Part shown: in pieces, positions 1 through 12,189 of the stretch | Layout of the letters: each line of letters begins with the position of its first letter | Numbering within the stretch: the stretch's first letter is position 1 | Translations under genes and position numbers: made by a program | Origin: Octopus vulgaris | Taxonomy: Eukaryota | Length of the DNA: 64,000 nt | Reading direction: 5' to 3' | Assembly: GCA_951406725.2 (NCBI GenBank) | Contig: OX597826.1 | Span: 71,362,001 to 71,426,000, forward strand | Notes under the pieces: model-generated | Seen by the model: the letters and a program-made list of their open reading frames with translations, nothing else | The model's database searches: none | What the model was told of the DNA's origin: nothing

Positions 1-240
1 GTGACACAGAGAGTGACAAGGCCGGCCCTTTGAAATACAGGTACAACAGAAACAGGAAGTAAGAGTGAGAGAAAGTTGTGGTGAAAGAGTACAGCAGGGA
101 TCACCATCATCCCCTGCCAGAGCCTCGTGGAGCTTTAGGTGTTTTCGCTCAATAAACACAACGCCCGGTCTGGGAATCGAAACCGTGATCCTATGACCGC
201 GAGTCCGCTGCCCTAACCACTGGGCCATTGCGCCTCCACG
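1..240 (-). mobile_element. tRNA-derived SINE family A (5' part, cut by window edge)
   Basis: Reverse complement begins gtggaggcgcaatggcccagtggttagggcagcggactcgc...ggtttcgattccc (Pol III A/B-box-like head). Same family at 6977, 50375, 63618. Confidence 0.85.
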
Positions 241-473
241 TGAAAGCAGATAAGTAAGGTGTGACAGTAGGCAGGGAAAGATAATGGGAAACGGAGGTGG
301 TTTGGGGTAGGGAAGAAAAGTATCCGGGAAAGGTGGGGGTTGTAGTATGTGGCTATTCTGCTCCCAGGTTATAGAGAAGTGATGGATGTTTGGGTATGAA
401 ATTTGAGGGGCAAAGGTTGACAGTGCAAAACCCCTTATATACAAGCATTGCCAAAGTGGTTTTAGGATATCAA

Positions 474-705
474 AGGCGGCGAGCTGGCAGAAACGTTAGC
501 ACGTCGGGCGAAATGCTTAGTGGTATTTCGTCTGCCGTTACGTTGTGAGTTCAAATTCCGCTGAGGTCGACTTTACCTTTCATCCTTTCGGGGTCGATAA
601 ATTAAGTACCAGTTATGCACTGGGGTCGATGTAATCGACTTAATACCTATGTCTGTCCTTGTTTGTCCCTTCTATGTTTAGCCCCTTGTGGGTAATAAAG
701 AAATG
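474..705 (+). mobile_element. SINE family B with target-site duplication
   Basis: Head ggcggcgagctggcagaaacgttagc, B-box-like gagttcaaattcc, central gcctttcatcctttcggggtcgataaattaagtacc-type domain. Flanked by direct repeat ggttttaggatatcaa (458-473 and 706-721). Confidence 0.85.
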
Positions 706-934
706 GGTTTTAGGATATCAATTCTACTGTGGTAGCCGAGTCTTTTTAAGAATGGCAAGGTGCCAGTTATCTCAATCCTTTTTCATCTCTTTTGTAAGGC
801 TCAGCATTCTGAGATCAACCTTCAGTACTTCATTCCATGTCTTCCTCTTCCACAAGTTCCAGGAACACAGAAGCATAACCTGTATTTTATGCCTTATATA
901 ATTTAAACTGTATTTCTCTATTTCATTTTTTCAG

Positions 935-964
935 AGCATGGTAGCACAGCTGTATCAGCTTATG
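935..964 (+). CDS. Candidate 30-nt symmetric (phase 1-1) micro-exon of an unidentified host gene, (E)HGSTAVSAY
   Basis: Acceptor tttcattttttcag, 30 nt open in phase 1, donor G|gtatgt. Intronic flanks are paralogous to those at 5097-5126. Confidence 0.5.
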
Positions 965-1135
965 GTATGTATATCTTTTTCAACTAAACTATATACAGTC
1001 TGCCAAGTGAAACTATAGTCATAGCCAATGCTGGGGTCACATAACTGGCACCTGTGTCAATGGCATGTAAAAAGCACCCTTTGAATGTCGGGCCTCACAC
1101 AGGTAATAAGTAACCAAGACCTTTAGTGATATGCC

Positions 1136-1368
1136 TATTTCTTTACTACCCACAAGGGGCTAAACACAGAGGGGGACAAACAAGGACAGATAAAGGGATT
1201 AAGTCGATTACATTGACCCCAGTGCATAACTGGTACTTAATTTATTGACCCCGAAAGGATGAAAGGCAAAGTTGACCTCGGTGGAATTTGAACTCAGAAC
1301 GTAATGGCAGACGAAATACGGCTATGCATTTCGGCCGGCATGCTAACATTTCTGCCAGATTGCCGCCT
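1136..1368 (-). mobile_element. SINE family B inserted in an RTE 3' fragment
   Basis: Reverse complement of the family B sequence; TSD cctttagtgatatgcc on both sides. Confidence 0.85.
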
Positions 1369-1439
1369 TTAGTGATATGCCATGCTTGAGAAGACTCATC
1401 TAGCCAACTGAAATCGTAAGTGTGACCGGTGGTGGTGTC

Positions 1440-1645
1440 ATTCCACTGGCACTCATGCTAGTGGAACATAAAAAGCACCCATTACATTTTAGGAATGGTT
1501 TGCGTTAGGAAGGGCAATCAGCTGTAGAAACCATGCCAAATGAAATTGGGGCCTGATGCAGCTCTCTAGTTTACCAGTTTTAGTCAAACAGTCTAACCCA
1601 TACCAGCATGGAAAGCAGGTACTAAATGATGATGATGATGAAGAT
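1440..1645 (+). mobile_element. RTE LINE 3' UTR ending in (GAT)n
   Basis: gcgttaggaagggca...gtagaaacc...ccagcatggaaagc...(gat)n; the same sequence follows RTE coding remnants at 52366 and 58637. Confidence 0.75.
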
Positions 1646-1679
1646 GAGGAATCAGCCTGCATTTATCACTCGCCACCCC

Positions 1680-3232
1680 ATAAGTGTAATGGGTGTTTTT
1701 ACGTGTCACCTGCATAGATGCCATTTGCATGACATTGGTATCTACCACGGCTGCAGTTTTACTTGGCTTCATGGGTCTTCTTCTCGAGCACAGCATAATG
1801 CCAAATGGACTCGGTCGTTGCTCTGTGATGGGTCTTCTCTCAAGCATAATATAATACCAAAGATCTCGGTCATTGCCTCTGTGAGGCCCAGCATTTGAAA
1901 GGAGCTCAACCACTTCTGCCTCTGTGAGGCTCAGCACTTGAATGGTGCTTTTCAAGTTCCACCTGCATGAGTGCTGGTTATGTTACACCAGCATCGGCCA
2001 TGACTGTGATTTCACTTGGCTTGATGGGGATTTTTTCAAGCACAGCATATTGCCAAAGGTCTCGGCCACTAGTCATTGCCTCTGTGAGGTCCAAAGTTCA
2101 GAGATCATACTTCACCACTTCATCCCATGTCTTACTGGGTCTACCTGTACCACAGGTTCCCTCCACACTTAAGGATTGGCACTTCTTTACACAGTTATTC
2201 TCGTCCATATGCATCACATGACCATAGCAGTGCATTCGTCTCTCTTGCACACCACTTCTGGTGCCTCTTATGCCTAACTTTTCTCTCAAAATGTTTACTC
2301 TCTGTCATACATGCACACTGACATTGCACATCCAGCAAAGCATGCTGGCTTCATTTCTTTCAAGCCTATGCATGTCCTCAGCTGTCACAGCCCATGTTTC
2401 ACTGCCATGTAGCATAGCTGTTCACACACAGGCATCATGCAATCTACCTTTCACTCTGAGAGAGAGGCCCTTTGTTGCCAGCAGAGGCAGAAGCTCTCTA
2501 AACTTTGCCCAAACTAATCTTTTTCTGACAGCTATGCTCACACAGCATCCACCTCTGCTATAACGTGATCACCTAGGTAACTGAAGTTATTTACTACCTC
2601 TAGCTTATCCCCATGGCAATTGATGGGGTTCTATTTTATGTACATTTTCGGTGTTTATTCTACCTGTGCATCTACCACACGCAAAAGCTATTTTCCCTGT
2701 TAACCTTCGTCTGATATTGCTGCACCTTTTATGTGTCAAGAGCTTACACTTGGTTCATCTTAGAGAGTTAATACCTACACCTTTTCTACACATAGAGCAG
2801 GGCTATCTACCTGAAGGGACTTGTAATTTGTCTGCCTTCCTACTTACTACGACTTTGGTTTTTGGTAGGTTAACTCTAAGGCCCTTCAACCTTGCTTCCA
2901 CACCTGGAACATCTTCTCCAGTTCTGGTAATGATTCAGCTGTAAGAACAAAGTCATCAGTGTAGAGGAGTTCCCAGGGGCAGCCAGTCTTAAATTCTTCT
3001 GTTATTGCCTGTAGGACTATGATGAACAAGATGGGGCTGAGCATCGATCCTTAATGAACCCCTACTTCTACCCTAAATTTTTTGCTGTACACATCGCTAA
3101 TCCTCACAATATTGGTAGCATCTCTGTACATAACTTGTACAGCTCTCACCAGCCACTCATCTAACCCTAGTTTCCACATTGTCCACCAGATAAGGAATCG
3201 GAGGGATCCTGTTAAAAGCTTTCTACAAGTCC
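1680..3232 (-). mobile_element. RTE-clade LINE, degenerate RT C-terminal half plus 3' region
   Basis: Minus-strand translations include GLDEWLVRAVQVMYRDA...FRVEVGVH, a LLY.DD-like motif and YGHVMHMDENNCVKKC...GRPSKTWDEVVK; many frameshifts. Confidence 0.9.
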
Positions 3233-3441
3233 AGAATGTCAACGAATTTTAGAGAACAATGACCAGTTTAATTGAATGTTTGAAAGAAAAGCAGAGAATT
3301 TGCATTTTTTATTCTATAAGTAGCTTCAAAATTGGAAACATAATACTCATCTCTATAAATATTCAGGTAAACATATATATATGTATATATGTAGCATTGG
3401 ATTTTTCTAACTTTACATATTTTTCTAATTTGTAAATATTC

Positions 3442-3652
3442 TCTCTTTTACTCTTTAACTTGTTTCAGTCATTTGACTGCGGCCATGCTGGAGCACCGCC
3501 TTTAGTCGAGCAAATCGACCCCGGGACTTATTCTTTGTAAGCCCAGTACTTATTCTATCGGACTCCTTTTGCCGAACCACTAAGTGACGGGGACGTAAAC
3601 ACACCAGCATCGGTTGTCAAGCAATGCTAGGGGGACAAACACAGACACACAA

Positions 3653-3685
<33 letters not shown>

Positions 3686-3857
3686 CATATATATGACAGG
3701 CTTCTTTCAGTTTCCGTCTACCAAATCCACTCACAAGGCATTGGTCGGCCCGGGGCTATAGCAGAAGACACTTGCCCAAGATGCCACGCAGTGGGACTGA
3801 ACCCGGAACCATGTGGTTGGTTAGCAAGCTACTTACCACACAGCCACTCCTGCACCT
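3442..3857 (-). mobile_element. CORE-type SINE family D
   Basis: Minus strand: tRNA-like head ggagtggctgtgtggtaag...ggttcagtccc, CORE-like cttgggcaagtgtcttct, internal (TA)/(GT) tract, gagtaaaa tail. Confidence 0.85.
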
Positions 3858-3990
3858 ATTGTTTGTTTATGTAAAACATGAAATTGAAAGAAACCTGACT
3901 TTACTTTTCAAAGCAAAACATCAAAATTACACAGTGTAGCCATAGACATATGACATATTTCTAAACACATGAACTCACAGACACACATAT

Positions 3991-4023
<33 letters not shown>

Positions 4024-4046
4024 CACACACACACCATAAATTTTCA

Positions 4047-4227
4047 TAGGCACAGGAGTGGCTGTGTGGTAAGTAACTTGCTTACCAACCACATGGTTCC
4101 GAGTTCAGTCACACTGCGTGACACCTTGGGCAAGTGTCTTCTACTATAGCCTTGGTAGGCTATAGTAGAAGACTGTAACGCCTTGTGAGTGGATTTGGTA
4201 GACGGAAACTGAAAGAAGCCTGTCGTA

Positions 4228-4275
<48 letters not shown>

Positions 4276-4498
4276 CGTGTGTACGTGTTTGTGTGTCTGT
4301 GTTTGTCCCCACCAAAATCGCTTGACAACAGATGCTGCTGTATTTACATCATTGTAATATAACTGTTCAGCAAAAGCAAGTGATAGAATAAGCACTAGGC
4401 TTACAGAGAATAAGTCCTGGGGTCGATTTGCTCGACTAAAGGCAGGACTCCAGCATGGCCACAGTCAAATGACTGAAACAAGTAAAAGAGTAAAAGAG
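4047..4498 (+). mobile_element. CORE-type SINE family D, full length
   Basis: Same consensus as 3442-3857 in the opposite orientation. Confidence 0.85.
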
Positions 4499-4599
4499 AA
4501 CCTTTTGTCTTCTTTCTGAGGAAGAAAAAGAAGCAAAAAGGAAAAAAAGAGAAAAAAAACGAAAATGCTTTCAGTGATGACTACACCACATTTCCAGGA

Positions 4600-4978
4600 G
4601 TGTCACTCATGGAAGATCTTCCAGGGACATTCTTCCACTTTTGAAGTTCCCATGCCACTCAAAACATTGCAGACAACCCACGGTCTCATCGCCATAGGCT
4701 TGTCAAAGTATGTTCAATGCCTCTGTGGCAGACTTGCCAATTTTAACACAAAATTTCCCATTGGCTTTTTTGCTCCTGTCCAAGACAAAATCACAGACTA
4801 CAGCATATATGGAATCACAAAAACACAAATTTCACAACTTGAGAAATAAACACAGGAATATTACTTGACACATAGCCTCAAGAAGGTCACTACTAGCTCT
4901 GACAGTGCATGCAAGCATGTACTGCCATCTGTTGGCACACTATAAAACAAGTCCAGGAACTTTTTTATACCACCTTAT
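4600..4978 (-). mobile_element. mariner transposon 5' fragment
   Basis: Minus translation KFCVKIGKSATEALNIL*QAYGDE...CFEWHGNFKSGRMSLED matches the mariner N-terminal HTH; degenerate TIR near 4950-4978. Confidence 0.8.
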
Positions 4979-5096
4979 ATGGAAACTGGTGATAAGATTG
5001 GAAATAACAATGTCATACACATATACACACACATTCACATACATACACTCATATATATATCATATTTTAAACTGTATTTCTTTCCTCCCTTTTCAG

Positions 5097-5126
5097 CGCT
5101 TGCTAGTTTAGAATCATCATTCTTTG
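5097..5126 (+). CDS. Candidate 30-nt symmetric micro-exon, (A)LASLESSFF
   Basis: Acceptor ttcctcccttttcag, 30 nt open in phase 1, donor G|gtatgt; flanks paralogous to 935-964. Confidence 0.5.
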
Positions 5127-5335
5127 GTATGTATATCTTTTTAAACAAAACTATATACAGTCTGTGTGTTAACATTAGCATTTCCTTTGATACATGTAAT
5201 CAGCCTGAATTTATCACACATCACACTTTAAATAGAATTGATATTAGCAGAATTTGCCGACAAAAACTAAATCCTTATACACACACATGTATGTATGTAT
5301 GTATGTATATATTTAATATAAATTAAAAAGCAGAA

Positions 5336-5873
5336 CACAAAGGATATCACGGTACACGTGTTTCAAGCTTCATAAACAATCCGTTATTACATCAGTGTAT
5401 TAATGATATAAAAGATGGTTTAAAGCTCTCTTCAGCCGCAAACATTGTTAGTCCAAAGATTACATCACAATATAAAAAATATAAAAAGTACATGTAGTAT
5501 TAGCCATTATAATAGGTTTATCATATCTCCCTGAAAAAGTATATTTGTATAATTTTCTAACTGTATAAATGTATAAAGATGCATGCTGATTGGTGATACA
5601 GTATGGGCATATTTTCGAAATCCAATGAATCTTTATACATTTATACAGTTAGAAAATTATACAAATATACTTTTTCAGGGAGATATGATAAACCTATTAT
5701 AATGGCTAATACTACATGTACATTTTATATTTTTTATATTGTGATGTAATCTTTGGACTAACAATGTTTGCGGCTGAAGAGAGCTTTAAACCATCTTTTA
5801 TATCATTAATACACTGATGTAATAACAGATTGTTTATGAAGCTTGAAACACGTGTACCGTGATATCCTTTGTG
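5336..5873. repeat. Near-perfect inverted repeat (about 245-bp arms, 48-nt loop) of PLE-like sequence
   Basis: 5336-5580 is the reverse complement of 5629-5873 with very few mismatches. Confidence 0.95.
5768..5862 (+). ncRNA. Minimal type-I hammerhead ribozyme candidate (mirror copy on - strand near 5347-5441)
   Basis: Stem I uugcgg/ccguga, core CUGAAGA (5774-5780), stem II gagcuu/aagcuu, GAAA (5845-5848), palindromic stem III ACACGUGU, GUA cleavage triplet. Confidence 0.75.
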
Positions 5874-6077
5874 GGACTGAACCCGGAACCATGTGGTTGG
5901 TAAGCAAGCTACTTACCATACAGCCACTCCTGCACCTATAAATGCGTCTATGCCCTTGTATTTAAGGATGCATATGTATAATGGTAGTGATGTCTTTGAA
6001 AAGCTGAACTTCTAACATGGGATTATTTCCAAGTCAGCTGATTCCTTTCATTAATGCTTGGTCAAGGTCTCTCTCTT

Positions 6078-6121
<44 letters not shown>

Positions 6122-6216
6122 ACACACACAAACACACACACACACACTAACTTACTCACAAAATATGCATGTTTAATTTGCTTCAAACCTCATGTTGTTA
6201 TTCTTTCACTCTTCAG

Positions 6217-6247
6217 ATATCAGTTAGAATCATGAATTTTCCAGAAG
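6217..6247 (+). CDS. Candidate micro-exon (31 nt, or 24 nt from the cag at 6221-6223), ..VRIMNFPE
   Basis: Pyrimidine tract ttctttcactcttcag and consensus donor AAG|gtaagt; the 24-nt version is symmetric phase 1-1. Confidence 0.4.
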
Positions 6248-6552
6248 GTAAGTTCCAATTAACCACTTCTCTTTTTGCACATTTTTCCTTTCACTCTGAT
6301 AACAGCTTGTGATTTCCTGCTTTTCCTGCTTTCCCTCCCATCACAACACTTGTTCAACTTTACCGGGACAGTTATAAAAGGGACACTACTCTTGCAGAAA
6401 TTCTGCTAAGTTAAACCCGGCGATGCTTCATCATATTTGATTCACAGGTTTCATCTTTGAGTTTGTATGTCACATAATCACAGATATTCACTTCTATGTA
6501 TGTCTGACTGAGAGTTTATGCCCTTGTATTTAAGGATGCATATGTATAATGG

Positions 6553-6738
6553 CACGTAAAATGCACCCACTACACTCATGGAGTGGTTGGCGTTAGGAAC
6601 GGCATCCAGCTGTAGAAACACTGCCAGCTCAGATTGGAGCCTGGTGCAGCCTTCTGGCTTCCTGGACCCCGGTCGAACCATCCAACCCGTACTAGCACGG
6701 AAAACGGATGTTAAACAACAATGATGATGATGATGATG
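6553..6738 (+). mobile_element. RTE 3' UTR fragment with (GAT)n tail
   Basis: ggttggcgttaggaacggcatccagctgtagaaac...gatgatgat. Confidence 0.75.
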
Positions 6739-6830
6739 TAGTGACGTCTTTGAAAAGCTGAATTTCTAACATGGGATTATTTCCAAGTTAGCCAATTCCT
6801 TTCATTAATGCTTTGTCAAAGTCTCTCTCC

Positions 6831-6874
<44 letters not shown>

Positions 6875-6976
6875 TTCTATCTCTATCTCACTCACACACA
6901 TCCCAGCTACAATGTTGGCAGACAAGATCCTGGACATTCCCTGGTTATATCAATTATGACCAATGGATACGGAAGC

Positions 6977-7300
6977 ACTCCATCGGTTACGACGATGAGG
7001 GTTCCGGTTGATTTGAATCAACGGAACAGCCTGCTCGTGAAATTAACGTGTAAGTGGCTGAGCACTCCACAGACACGTGCACCCTTAACGTAGTTCTTGG
7101 GATATTCAGCATGACACAGTGAGTGACAAGGCCGGCCCCTTGAAATACAGGTACAACAGAAACAGGAAGTAAGAGTGAGAGAAAGTTGTGGTGAAAGAAT
7201 ACAGCAGGGATCACCACCATCCCCTGCCGGAGCCTTGTGGAGCTTTTTTAGGTGTTTTCGCTCAATAAACACTCACAACACCCGGTCTGGGAATCGAAAC
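6977..7300 (-). mobile_element. SINE family A
   Basis: Near-identical to the reverse complement of 50410-50740. Confidence 0.85.
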
Positions 7301-8149
7301 TATGACCAATATTGACAGAGGAAAATAATGAGGCTCAAAAACACCTGAACCTTTTACTAATTTTACTAATTTTCTTTCTTATCCTCTCAATTTTTGATCT
7401 CTGCATTCGCTATGAGTGTCATTATAACCATTAGACATTAACCAAGTTTTCCTAATGCTAAATCTGTTTACCAAATAGTAGTAATTGGCATTGTAATGTG
7501 ACAATCATTTTCTATCTACCTAAATTTCTTTATATGGAACTTTGACATCTATTTCACCCCTATTTCTATAAATAGAAAATCTTTCTTGTCTCCTTTCATT
7601 TGTCCATTCTTCTCAGAACCTTCAAGCAATTCATAGCAACTGAATATTATTCAGTCAATTGATAAACTCCACTACCTTAAATGTTCTTAAAATTTAAATC
7701 CATGTCTTTGTCTATATATCTACCTTCTCTATAATGTTATCACTTGATATGAAAATTATGTATTAATGGAAAACCTCTATAATTGGCTGATGAGTGCTCA
7801 GCATTTTAAAACTGTTGTAATACTTACAACATTTGATAAAATGATGTAGTGCGAAACGATCATACCAAATTACCAAAGTTATTCTTGTTGCTTATTTTGA
7901 TTATAATCAAAGCATAGGCTCAGATATTAGTGATACATCAACTAAGAAGAGACAACCATAGACAGCAGTCAATATTAGCCTATGTTCTTTTTAGCTTAAT
8001 GACCCTGCTTTCGGATGTATATTATTTCTGCAGTTCTGTATTTTGCACACATTATGAACTCTCTGCAATCAAGAAATCAAGGGCTTAATACTCTCCCTGG
8101 TAATGTGAGTTGTGAATTGCTACTAACCCTGCAACCAAAAATCTGATTA

Positions 8150-9540
8150 AATGTGTTTTGCATTCATGATAGAAGAAATTACACTAGAGTTTTATTCCTA
8201 AGAACCCCAGAGACTGAAAGCATTTCCTGTTATTATACAGGATGAATTAGTTGTTAGACACAAAAAAAAACCCCTCTTCAGAGTCATTCTCTTGAAGTTA
8301 TTTATCCAGAAACTGCCTGCAACTATGAAAGATATTGCTCAATAATGGAGCCAATATTGAAGTTACGGAACATTCTCCAAGAGAACTTCATATTCTGAAC
8401 TGCTGTTCTTCAAAGTGAATGTCAACAAAGTTACAGCGCAAAATGAAGGCATTGACTCTGCAAACCCAGGAAGTCTGGCAGAGAAGAGGGAAACCAAGAC
8501 TTTAGTCATTCTGGTAGTTCTTACTGTAACACTAACATTACCAAAGAATGAGACAGTTTATGTTGGGACCATCGAATCTTTAGAGAAAGGACCCAACATA
8601 GCAATTCACTTTGTTGATCTGTATTGAAACTTGCATCTAACATGACAAGTGAAAGAATCAGGAATTAGCAGTGACCAATTTAGCTGGTCATGTACCCTTT
8701 AGTCACCCATTCTACATCAGTGACAAACACCAGCATAAATTTCTCATTGATACTAAAATTGATGTGAGTGTCTTTCCTGCCACACTAACTTCTGATAAGA
8801 AAAGCCTATGGCCCTTATTGCTTAAGGTTGTTCATTACTCTTCCATCACTACGGCAAGAAATTGTTAACACTAGATCTAGGAATGTGATGAATTTTTAAC
8901 TGGATACGCTGCTTATTTATCCATTCCTATTCTCAGAGTTGATAATCTTTATCAATTGAAATTCATTCATTGAGGTAAAACAACAGTGTCTTCTTGGTTC
9001 TTCAACCAACCTTATTGTTCAAATCCCAGTATTCCAGTCAGCTCCTACAACTAAATTTGAAGTTCTTTTACAAAAAATATATATTTAACATGTTGTGATT
9101 CTTATGAATTGAGAATAGGGCATAATGTTACCCACCATGTCTAAACTAAATGACCTCTGGTCAGATCTCGATACTTGATCATCTAAATATAGCTAAACAG
9201 AAGTTCAATCACATCGTTGGACTTTGCTTTATTTGTCATTCTAGCACCAATTGCTCATCACTCTACACATGGTTCTGGGAAAAACACCAGTTGAATGGTA
9301 TTCTTGCAATGATTAACAGACACTTAATCCCAAAACATTCTTGGAAAGGTCTTGGTATAACCCATCTTCAAGCCTGACATTTCTTCTGTTCAAGAGACAA
9401 CAATGTCTACCAAAATTAGGTCTAAGCTGAGATGATAATCAAATTCCTATAGAACCAAAAAACAAATAGAGAACTATTGTCACCACACACTTTGGACTCT
9501 ATGAGTTCTTGCACATACTATTTAGTTTTCAAAATAACCT
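8150..9540 (+). mobile_element. Highly degenerate Ty3/gypsy gag-protease-RT remnant
   Basis: LFIQKLP (gag-like), FYISDK..KFLIDTKIDVSVFP (aspartic protease DTGA-like), LNIAKQKFNHI, QIPIEP...TIVTTHFGLYEFL (RT TPFGLYEF-like); many stops. Confidence 0.75.
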
Positions 9541-10287
9541 GCAAGAAAGAAAAAACTAAAATAATTTCTGTATCTCTAAAGCCATAGGAATCATTCACAT
9601 GTATAAGTAAGTGCAGTCAGCTCTCACTGATGTGTGGAACAGTATCCTCTCCATTTTCTGGGATGGGTGGAGCATATGTAACTGCTGAGTGTTCAAGATA
9701 GAAGGGAATGTGATAGACTGAGCATTACACACCTATTCCAGAAGCTTATGCTGATAGCTATGGCATTGCCACAAAAGTGATGAGGCCAAGAGCCATGATA
9801 AAGGCAGGTTGTAAGTATCAATGTAACCAGGAATATTTTGTGGTTGAGGGGAACCTGTATGGAAATACGAGTCCTGAAGACCCTCAAACCTCACTGTACC
9901 ATTCTGAAGAATGTAGAAATAGAAGCCTAGTGGTGAAGATTAGCAAGCCCACTTACTATACATATGGAAACAAGGGTTTTTCTGTCAGACAGGGGAGGAA
10001 AACAGAGAAGAGTGCAACAAAAACAAAAGGTCCCAGGAGCTGTTTTCAGAGCATCACTTGTCAGGGCTTGGAGAAACATCAGAAGAGATTGCTTCAGCAT
10101 TGGTCCCAAGAACCAATGAGCAAGAAGTTGAAGACTGAAATGCTGAGTCCCACTCTGAGGGGTACCATCCATCATCTTGAAATAGTGAGGATACAATTGA
10201 GACTGAAGAAGTGGGATAAGGACGTGGAGATGGCCAGCAAAAAAGAAAAGAAAAGTAAAAAGAAAAACAAGAAGCCCTATTAGAAAA

Positions 10288-10662
10288 TCATCATCATCAT
10301 CATCATCGTTTAGTGTCCACTTTCCATGCTAGCATGGGTTGGACGGTTCAACTGGGGTCTGGGAAGCCAGAAGGCTGCACCAGGCCCAGTCTGATTTGGC
10401 AATGTTTCTACGGCTGGATGCCCTTCCTAACGCCAACCACTCCGTGAGTGTAGTGGGTGCCTTTTACGTGCCACTGGCACAGGTGCCAGACGAGTCTGGC
10501 AAGCGGATACGATTGGATGGTGCTTTTTATGTGCCACCGGCACGGGGGCCAGGTGAGGCTGGCAACGGCCACAAACGGACGGTGGTTTTTATGTGCCACC
10601 AGCACGAAGCCAGTCAGGGAGGCGCTGGCAACGGCCACGCTCGGATGGTTCTCTTACATGCC
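10288..10662 (-). mobile_element. RTE 3' UTR copy
   Basis: (cat)n then ttccatgctagcatgggttggacgg...ggatgcccttcctaacgccaacc and internal cttttacgtgccac sub-repeats. Confidence 0.8.
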
Positions 10663-12189
10663 AAAGAGAACCATCCGAAAATGTTTGAGAAAAAAGAGGG
10701 GCCCACAACTCCCTCAACCTTTCAGTTAAATTATTCAAATATTTATCTTACATTTTCACAATTTAATACTAAACCTATTGAATAAGGGTCCAGTTTATAT
10801 ATTCATTGAATGCAAAATGGGGAAATGGTACTAGAACAATCCACGAAGACAGACTTTTGGTAAAGACCATATTGATAGTGGAGGGAGGTGGGGTGGATGT
10901 TTGAATATTTGAGGAATGTAGAATCAGTTTTAGGGGCTTATTTACCCATTCCTATTCTCAGAGTTGATAATCTTTATTAATTGAAATTCATTCATTTGTG
11001 AAATTCATTCAGGTGTGTGAGAAATAGGTGACCAGAAACATAGGTCACCCTCTACCAACTTAACCACTTCTCCCCTATTTTTTATTGTCTTGTTTTTTAA
11101 CATATTTTTTTAATTATTTACTTGATATACTTATCTAATTATTTTGTATAATTATTTCTTCTTTTGTTCTTTTATTTCAGAAAAAATTTTACATTTTAAA
11201 CTTCATAAGAAAATTATTTTTGACGACAAACCAATGCAAACCATCTTTTCTTTCAATCTACACTCACATACTCTTTTACTTGTTTCAGTAAAAAATAGTA
11301 CGAATATAAATACAAAAAAAAACAATAATAACAACAGGTGTCTTTTGACTCAGACGAATTGAATCAGCTGGCGTATTTGAAAGATAAGGCCTTATGGCAG
11401 ATAAAGAAACAACCTCGACATATGGTCGTAGCAATAGATGTGCCACAGAAATTTCAGAAAAATATTGACTTGGACGATTTTGTTATATTTTTTCTTCAAA
11501 ATTCTGCACCCCCAACATAAATAGATTACTCTCAATTCACCTAGGATTTGTACCCACTACATCTGTGCAAAGATACGCATACAATTTTTGGTGATCTTTA
11601 GAAGCGCACCTCTCCAAGAAAATGACACCTAATTTCTAAAAAAAATTTATGAAAATGGGAAATATATCCAAAATAAATGAAGTATGCAAAAAAATTAGGA
11701 AGATTAATCTACTTTTAAATATTTTATACTAAAAATAAAACACGGAAAATGGTCATTTGTAAATATAAACAAACATGTCAGACGATAACTTGTATATATA
11801 TATATATATATGTAAATGAGAATGCGTGTATGTCTGTATGCCTTTGTGAATCCGACTTCATTCAAATTTTACGCATGCCTTACTAATTTTAATTGTTCAT
11901 TTTGAATTGATAAAAGTAGTATTTTTTAATATTTTTAATACAATGGCCCAGTGGTTAGGGCAGCGGACTCGCGGTCGCAGGATCGCGGTTTCTATTCCGA
12001 TTTTTTGGTCATTTTGCAGATTTTCTGGTGAATGCAAGTATCGATTAAATAAATTATCTAAACCACAATCCGATGCTTTCCAATTGTTTTACTTTGATGT
12101 TGTCCAGATGCCTATTTTATATGCTACCTCCACAACATCTTTTGCTACACCACCCCGCTGCACCTATGGCATTTAAATTAATAAATTAA

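Noticed and set aside
3321-3366. Additional micro-exon (ag|...cag|gtaaac)
   Set aside because: Length of 43 or 46 nt is not a multiple of three and phase 1 has a TAA; at best a pseudo-exon.
9777-10283. 168-aa ORF as a host gene
   Set aside because: No recognisable domain or convincing splice context; lies among TE debris.
11181-11362. Terminal exon after a strong acceptor (cttttatttcag), EKILHFKLHKK...
   Set aside because: The frame is compatible with phase 1 but runs into SINE-tail and PLE-like sequence; insufficient support without transcripts.
11940-12000. tRNA gene
   Set aside because: Only the tRNA-like head of SINE family A; the same applies near 49750-49818 and to other SINE heads.
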